Positions 1 through 7,200 of a stretch of 64,000 nt of DNA are shown one piece after another; position 1 is the stretch's first letter; every line of letters begins with the position of its first letter. Made by a program: the position numbers and the translations under genes. The stretch is taken from the NCBI GenBank assembly GCA_964057225.1, contig OZ059896.1, positions 5,270,001 through 5,334,000 on the forward strand, written 5' to 3'. The notes under the pieces are model-generated. The model saw only the letters and a list, made by a program, of their open reading frames with translations, searched no databases and had not been told where the DNA came from. The stretch comes from Auanema rhodensis. Lineage: Eukaryota > Animalia > Nematoda.

Positions 1-3000
1 TTTAATACTTGATTTTATCATGACTTGATATTACTTTCTTTCGTATCTTGTTCATGTAGTAAATAATTATTTACTCTAGTATACTTTGTACATTTCTTGA
101 TAATTTTCTCATTCTTATTTGTATTTGTTAAAATTTCTTCATGTTTTCTTACTGAAAATGCTTCTTGATACTTTTTTTTTGTTTTTAATACTTGATTTTA
201 CCATGACTTGTTATAACTTTCTTTCGTATCCTGTTCATGGAATAAATAATAGTTTACTCTAGTATACTTTGTACATTTCTTGATAATTTTCTCATTCTTA
301 TTTGTATTTGTTAAAATTTCTTCATGTTTTCTTACTGAAAATCCTTCTTGATACTTCTTCTTTGCTTTTAAAACTTGATTTTACCATGACTTGTTATAAC
401 TTTTTTTGAAACCTGTTCATATTTAAAATGTTTACTGATACTCTATAGTACGTTATATATCTCTTGATAATTTTCTCATTCTTATTTGTATTTGTTAAAA
501 TTTCTTCATGTTTTCTTACTGAAAATGCTTCTTGATACTTTTTTTTGTTTTTAATACTTGATTTTACCATGACTTGTTATAACTTTCTTTCGTATCCTGT
601 TCATGGAATAAATAATAGTTTACTCTTGTATACTTTGTACATCTCCTGATAATTTTCTCATTCTTCTTTGTATTCTTGAAAATTTCTTCATGTTTTCTTA
701 CTGAAAATCCTTCTTGATACTTCTTCTTTGCTTTTAAAACTCGATTTTCCCATGAATTGATATTACTTTTTTTGAAACCTGTTCATATTTTAAATGTTTA
801 CTGATACTCTATAATACGTTATACATTTCTTGATAATTTTCTCATTCTTCTTTGTATTTGTTAAAATTTCTTCATGTTTTCTTATTGAAAATCCTTCTTG
901 ATACTTCTTCTTTGCTTTTAATACTTCCCCATGAAATGATATTACTTTTTTTGAAACCTGTTCATATTTTAAATGTTTACTGATACTCTATAATATGTTA
1001 TGCATCTTTCGATAATTTTCTCATTCTTTTTTGTATTTGTTAAAATTTCTTCATGTTTTCTTACTGAAAATCCTTCTTGATACTTCTTCTTTGCTTTTAA
1101 AACTTGATTTTACCATGACTTGTTATAACTTTTTTTGAAACCTGTTCATATTTAAAATGTTTACTGATACTCTATAATACGTTATGCATCTCTTGATAAT
1201 TTTTTCATTCTTCTTTGTATTTGTTAAAATTTCTTCATGTTTTCTTACTGAAAATCCTTCTTGATACTTTTTTTTTGTTTTTAATACTTGATTTTATCAT
1301 GACTTGATATTACTTTTGTTGAAACCTGTTCATATTTTAAATGTTTACTGATACTCTAGTATAATTTGTACATCTTTCGATAATTTTCTCATTCTTCTTT
1401 GTATTTGTTAAATTTTCTTCATGTTTTCTTGCTGAAAATCCTTCTTGATACTTCTTCTTTGCTTTTAAAACTTGATTTTACCATGACTTGTTATAACTTT
1501 TTTTGAAACCTGTTCATATTTAAAATGTTTACTGATACTCTATAGTACGTTATATATCTCTTGATAATTTTCTCATTCTTCTTTGTATTTGTTAAAATTT
1601 CTTCATGTTTTCTTACTGAAAATCCTTCTTGATACTTCTTCTTTGCTTTTAAAACTTGATTTTACCATGACTTGTTATAACTTTTTTTGAAACCTGTTCA
1701 TATTTAAAATGTTTACTGATACTCTATAATACGTTATGCATCTCTTGATAATTTTTTCATTCTTCTTTGTATTTGTTAAAATTTCTTCATGTTTTCTTAC
1801 TGAAAATCCTTCTTGATACTTCTTCTTTGCTTTTAAAACTTGATTTTACCATGACTTGTTATAACTTTTTTTGAAACCTGTTCATATTCCAAATGTTTAC
1901 TGATACTCTATAATATGTTATGCATCTTTCGATAATTTTCTCATTCTTTTTTGTATTTGTTAAAATTTCTTCATGTTTTCTTACTGAAAATCCTTCTTGA
2001 TACTTCTTCTTTGCTTTTAAAACTTGATTTTACCATGACTTGTTATAACTTTTTTTGAAACCTGTTCATATTCCAAATGTTTACTGATACTCTATAATAT
2101 GTTATGCATCTTTCGATAATTTTCTCATTCTTTTTTGTATTTGTTAAAATTTCTTCATGTTTTCCTACTGAAGATGCTTCTTGATACTTTTTTTTGTTTT
2201 TAATACTTGATTTTACCATGACTTGTTATAACTTTCTTTCGTATCATGTTCATGGAATAAATAATATTTTACTCTAGTATATTTTGTACATCTCTTGATA
2301 ATTTTCTCATTCTTTTTTGTATTTGTTAAAATTTCTTCCTGTTTTCTTACTGAAAATGCTTCTTGATACTTTTTTTTTGTTTTTAATACTTGATTTTATC
2401 ATGACTTGATTTTACTTTTGTTGAAACCTGTTCATATTTTAAATGTTTACTGATACTCTAGTATACTTTGTACATCTTTCGATAATTTTGTCATTCTGTT
2501 TTGTATTTGTTAAAATTTCTTCATGTTTTCTTACTGAAAATGCTTCTTGATACTTTTTTTTTGTTTTAATACTTGATTTTATCATGACTTGATTTTACTT
2601 TTGTTGAAACCTGTTCATATTTTAAATGTTTACTGATACTCTAGTATACTTTGTACATCTTTCGATAATTTTGTCATTCTGTTTTGTATTTGTTAAAATT
2701 TCTTCATGTTTTCTTACTGAAAATGCTTCTTGATACTTTTTTTTTGTTTTAATACTTGATTTTATCATGACTTGATTTTACTTTTGTTGAAACCTGTTCA
2801 TATTTAAAATGTTTACTGATACTCTATAGTACGTTATGCATCTCTTGATAATTTTTTCATTCTTCTTTGTATTTGTTAAAATTTCTTCATGTTTTCTTAC
2901 TGAAAATCCTTCTTGATACTTCTTCTCTGCTTTTAATACTTTCCCATGAATTGATATTACTTTTTTTGAAACCTGTTCATATTTTAAATGTTTACTGATA

Positions 3001-3168
3001 CTCTATAATACGTTATGCATCTCTTGATAATTTTCTCATTCTTATTTGTATTTGTTAAAATTTCTTCATGTTTTCTTACTGAAAATGCTTCTTGATACTT
3101 TTTTTTTGTTTTTAATACTTAATTTTTCAATGACTTGTTATAACTTTCTTTCGTATCCTGTTCATGGA
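1..3168 (+). repeat. 183-bp tandem satellite array (~17.3 monomers; runs off the left edge)
   Basis: The motif TTTAA(T/A)ACTTGATTTTA recurs at 1, 184, 367 and onward, a 183-bp period with small indels. The top strand is strongly T-rich. Two subtypes are interleaved: 'CTTTCGTATCCTGTTCATGGAATAAAT' and 'TTTTGAAACCTGTTCATATTTAAAATG'. The forward match ends at ...GTTCATGGA (3168). Confidence 0.97.
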
Positions 3169-3170
3169 TA

Positions 3171-3407
3171 ACAAATAAGAACAAACAATTATCAAGAGAT
3201 GTACAAATTATACTACAGTATATAATTATTCATTCCATGAACAGGATACAAAAGAAAGTTATATCAAGTCATTGTAAAATCAAATAATAAAAGCAAAGAA
3301 GAAATATCAAGAAGCACTTTCAATAAGAAAATGTGAAGAATTTTCAACAAATATAAATAAGATCAAACAATTATCAGGAGATGTATAGAGTATACTAGAG
3401 TAAATAA
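3171..3407 (-). repeat. Inverted, more diverged copy (~1.3 monomers) of the 183-bp satellite
   Basis: ACAAATAAGAA (3171) is the reverse complement of TTCTTATTTGT. TCCATGAACAGGATAC (3234) is the reverse complement of GTATCCTGTTCATGGA. TATACTAGAGTAAATAA (3391-3407) is the reverse complement of TTATTTACTCTAGTATA. Confidence 0.93.
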
Positions 3408-3666
3408 ACCACGCCCACATTCCTAACGTCAATGAAAGCCGAACTGTACAAATGCTAATATATTAACTAGTTAGCTAAATCTCTCAATATATACATTATA
3501 TTTATATATATAAGTATAAATATGAAAAAAAAAAGAGAAAAAATAAAAATTAAAAAAAATACAACACTAAGAATATTCAAATTTTCAAAATAGCATAAGC
3601 AAGCAATGAAAATCTAAACAATCATATCATTTTAAAAAAAAGAAAGAGCGGTTGTAGTCAGCATCA

Positions 3667-3690
3667 TTACTTCAACTTCTAATCAACAAC
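3667..3690 (+). repeat. Left arm of a perfect 24-bp inverted repeat (partner 4236-4259)
   Basis: TTACTTCAACTTCTAATCAACAAC is the exact reverse complement of GTTGTTGATTAGAAGTTGAAGTAA at 4236-4259. Both flanking positions mismatch. Confidence 0.95.
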
Positions 3691-3694
3691 AAGC

Positions 3695-3746
3695 ACATAG
3701 CACAGATAAGTCAATCACTATTTTATTATTCAATCATATAAATTCA
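3695..3746. repeat. Degenerate direct repeat of 4143-4200 (the sequence lying 3' of the histone stem-loop on the minus strand)
   Basis: By-eye alignment of ACATAGCA..GATAAGTCAATCAC--TATTTTATTATTCAATCA-TATAAATTCA with ACATAGCA..GACAAGACAGACACAGTATTATATTATA-AATCATTATGAATACA gives colinear blocks with a few indels. The sequence is AT-rich, so significance needs a formal test. Confidence 0.6.
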
Positions 3747-3778
3747 AGACCTTTTCCTCCTTTACCACGTTCAGACAT
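3734..3778 (-). pseudogene. H4: Truncated histone H4 gene (5' fragment)
   Basis: The minus strand reads ATG TCT GAA CGT GGT AAA GGA GGA AAA GGT CTT GAA TTT ATA TGA = MSERGKGGKGLEFI*, against canonical H4 MSGRGKGGKGLGKGG. Ten of the first 11 residues are identical (one Gly>Glu) and homology stops after 3745. The 'KGL' ending favours H4 over H2A. A promoter and a histone stem-loop lie upstream on the same strand. Confidence 0.9.
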
Positions 3779-3796
3779 GCTGATCAAGCTGTGTGT

Positions 3797-3901
3797 TGAA
3801 TAGTAACCCTAGCATCTCCGTTATATACTAGTGCTGTAGAGGTCACCGCGCAAAAACCCATTGTAATCGCCACCAAGCATATTGGCGCTTAATTTTGCCG
3901 C
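3797..3901 (-). promoter_or_regulatory. Histone-type RNA polymerase II promoter of the H4 fragment
   Basis: On the minus strand: CCAAT (3885-3881), TATA box TATATAA (3827-3821), and a cap-site-like CTATTCA (3803-3797) about 26 nt downstream of the TATA start, followed by a ~22-nt leader to the ATG. An E2F-consensus match TTTGCCGC lies at 3894-3901 (+). GC content is locally elevated. Confidence 0.7.
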
Positions 3902-4209
3902 TCAATTCTAGAAATGTATATTTAAATTTTATATAAACGATAAGAATAACATAAACAACTGTTTATTTGCGAACAAACGTGGAATAGAAACATGTGAGGC
4001 ATTAGATATGATCACTGTTGTTGTTATCAACATGAAAGCATAATTAATGAAATTCATAAAAAAAAATAGAGATGGATATGGAGTATCAAAGATAGGGATT
4101 CTCCTTTACATAAGAGCGAAACATATCATATCAATTATCATTACATAGCAAAAAAAGACAAGACAGACACAGTATTATATTATAAATCATTATGAATACA
4201 TCAAATTTA

Positions 4210-4235
4210 AATGTGGCCCTAAAGAGGGCCGTTGG
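4210..4235 (-). other. Replication-dependent histone mRNA 3' stem-loop (SLBP-binding element), orphaned from its coding region
   Basis: The minus strand reads CCAAC GGCCCT CTTT AGGGCC ACATT: a 6-bp stem starting GG, a 4-nt pyrimidine loop, and the C/A-rich 5' flank and ACA 3' flank of the histone 3' UTR stem-loop. The stem spans 4215-4230. Confidence 0.92.
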
Positions 4236-4259
4236 GTTGTTGATTAGAAGTTGAAGTAA
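4236..4259 (-). repeat. Right arm of the 24-bp inverted repeat; residual histone 3' UTR abutting the 351-bp array
   Basis: Exact reverse complement of 3667-3690. It lies just 5' of the stem-loop on the minus strand, and its last 2 bases (AA, 4258-4259) overlap the first bases of the satellite. Confidence 0.93.
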
Positions 4260-7200
4260 ATCTGATAACACAGATCGACGCAGCTTAAAAATCCGCATCG
4301 AATGCACTATACTACATGGAGAAACGCTCAATACAAAAATTAGTTATGATCGTTTGAAAAATGATGCATTAGTGTATGTTGAGTTTCCATGTACACTCAA
4401 CATTGCTTCCAAAAACATTTTGACAAAAAGTTTCCCGAAAAATTTCAAAATAATTTCACAAAAAGTAGATGTTTTTAGATTCCTTTTTTCAAGACAAAAA
4501 CGATGGACATTGTTATTCAACAAAAAAATTAATTCTTCACGGTGAAAATCGAGGATATAAGTGTGAACCTATATCAGTTGATATCTCGGTGCATTTTTAA
4601 GCTAGCGCAAATCTGATAACACAGATCGACGCAGCTTAAAAATCCGCATCGAATGCACTATACTACATGGAGAAACGCTCAATACAAAAATTAGTTATGA
4701 TCGTTTGAAAAATGATGCATTAGTGTATGTTGAGTTTCCATGTACACTCAACATTGCTTCCAAAAACATTTTGACAAAAAGTTTCCCGAAAAATTTCAAA
4801 ATAATTTCACAAAAAGTAGATGTTTTTAGATTCCTTTTTTCAAGACAAAGACGATGGACATTGTTATTCAACGAAAAAATTAATTCTTCAGGGTGAAAAT
4901 CGAGGATATAAGTGTGAACTTATATCAGTTGATATCTCGGTGCATTTTTAAGCTAGCGCAAATCTGATAACACAGATCGACGCAGCTTAAAAATCCGCAT
5001 CGAATGCACTATACTACATTAAGAAAAGCTTAATACAAAAATTAGTTATGATCGTTTGAAAAATGATGCATTAGTGTATGTTGAGTTTCCATGTACACTC
5101 AACATTGCTTCCAAAAACATTTTGACAAAAATTTTCCCGAAAAATTTCAAAATAATTTCACAAAAAGTAGATGTTTTTAGATTCCTTTTTTCAAGACAAA
5201 GACGATGGACATTGTTATTCAACAAAAAAATTAATTCTTCACGGTGAAAATCGAGGATATAAGTGTGAACCTATATCAGTTGATATCTCGGTGCATTTTC
5301 AAGCTAGTGCAAATCTGATAACACAGATCGACGCAGCTTAAAAATCCGCATCGAATGCACTATACTACATTAAGAAAAGCTTAATACAAAAATTAGTTAT
5401 GATCGTTTGAAAAATGATGCATTAGTGTATGTTGAGTTTCCATGTACACTCAACATTGCTTCCAAAAACATTTTGACAAAAATTTTCCCGAAAAATTTCA
5501 AAATAATTTCACAACAAGTAGATGTTTTTAGATTCCTTTTTTCAAGACAAAGACGATGGACATTGTTATTCAACAAAAAAAATTAATTCTTCAGGGTGAA
5601 AATCGAGGATATAAGTGTGAACTTATATCAGTTGATATCTCGGTGCATTTTTAAGCTAGCGCAAATCTGATAACACAGATCGACGCAGCTTAAAAATCCA
5701 CATCGAATGCACTATACTACATTGGGAAACACTCAATACAAAAATTAGTTATGATCGTTTGAAAAATGATGCATTAGTGTATGTTGAGTTTCCATGTACA
5801 CTCAACATTGCTTCCAAAAACATTTTGACAAAAAGTTTCCCGAAAAATTTCAAAATAATTTCACAAAAAGTAGATGTTTTTAGATTCCTTTTTTCAAGAC
5901 AAAGACGATGGACATTGTTATTCAACGAAAAAATTAATTCTTCAGGGTGAAAATCGAGGATATAAGTGTGAACTTATATCAGTTGATATCTCGGTGCATT
6001 TTTAAGCTAGCGCAAATCTGATAACACAGATCGACGCAGCTTAAAAATCCGCATCGAATGCACTATACTACATTAAGAAAAGCTTAATACAAAAATTAGT
6101 TATGATCGTTTGAAAAATGATGCATTAGTGTATGTTGAGTTTCCATGTACACTCAACATTGCTTCCAAAAACATTTTGACAAAAATTTTCCCGAAAAATT
6201 TCAAAATAATTTCACAAAAAGTAGATGTTTTTAGATTCCTTTTTTCAAGACAAAGACGATGGACATTGTTATTCAACAAAAAAATTAATTCTTCACGGTG
6301 AAAATCGAGGATATAAGTGTGAACCTATATCAGTTGATATCTCGGTGCATTTTCAAGCTAGCGCAAATCTGATAACACAGATCGACGCAGCTTAAAAATC
6401 CGCATCGAATGCACTATACTACATTAAGAAAAGCTTAATACAAAAATTAGTTATGATCGTTTGAAAAATGATGCATTAGTGTATGTTGAGTTTCCATGTA
6501 CACTCAACATTGCTTCCAAAAACATTTTGACAAAAATTTTCCCGAAAAATTTCAAAATAATTTCACAAAAAGTAGATGTTTTTAGATTCCTTTTTTCAAG
6601 ACAAAGACGATGGACATTGTTATTCAACAAAAAAATTAATTCTTCAGGGTGAAAATCGAGGATATAAGTGTGAACTTATATCAGTTGATATCTCGGTGCA
6701 TTTTTAAGCTAGCGCAAATCTGATAACACAGATCGACGCAGCTTAAAAATCCACATCGAATGCACTATACTACATTGGGAAACACTCAATACAAAAATTA
6801 GTTATGATCGTTTGAAAAATGATGCATTAGTGTATGTTGAGTTTCCATGTACACTCAACATTGCTTCCAAAAACATTTTGACAAAAATTTTCCCGAAAAA
6901 TTTCAAAATAATTTCACAAAAAGTAGATGTTTTTAGATTCCTTTTTTCAAGACAAAGACGATGGACATTGTTATTCAACAAAAAAATTAATTCTTCACGG
7001 TGAAAATCGAGGATATAAGTGTGAACCTATATCAGTTGATATCTCGGTGCATTTTCAAGCTAGCGCAAATCTGATAACACAGATCGACGCAGCTTAAAAA
7101 TCCGCATCGAATGCACTATACTACATTAAGAAAAGCTTAATACAAAAATTAGTTATGATCGTTTGAAAAATGATGCATTAGTGTATGTTGAGTTTCCATG

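Noticed and set aside
3408-3560. CCACGCCC (Sp/KLF-like) and TAACGTCA (CRE-like) motifs, an (AT)n patch and A-runs
   Set aside because: These are isolated short motifs in low-complexity DNA with no associated gene, and there is no evidence for a retroposon tail.
3636-3660. Possible histone C-terminal codons (GAA AGA GCG = ERA as in H3; GC GGT T as in the H4 end) before the left inverted arm
   Set aside because: Too short, with no correct stop codon and an A-run upstream; cannot be distinguished from chance.
3667-4259. MITE or Pack-type transposon defined by the 24-bp inverted repeat
   Set aside because: There is no target-site duplication and no recognisable superfamily terminus, and the arm is contiguous with histone 3' UTR. 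Kept only as an alternative hypothesis.
4131-4331. 66-aa minus-strand ORF
   Set aside because: It has a non-ATG start inside the satellite and reads across the junction through the histone 3' UTR and stem-loop; a chance ORF.
1-4608. 351-bp monomer as a dimer or derivative of the 183-bp repeat
   Set aside because: I see no shared motifs on either strand and no internal half-repeat in the 351-mer by eye.
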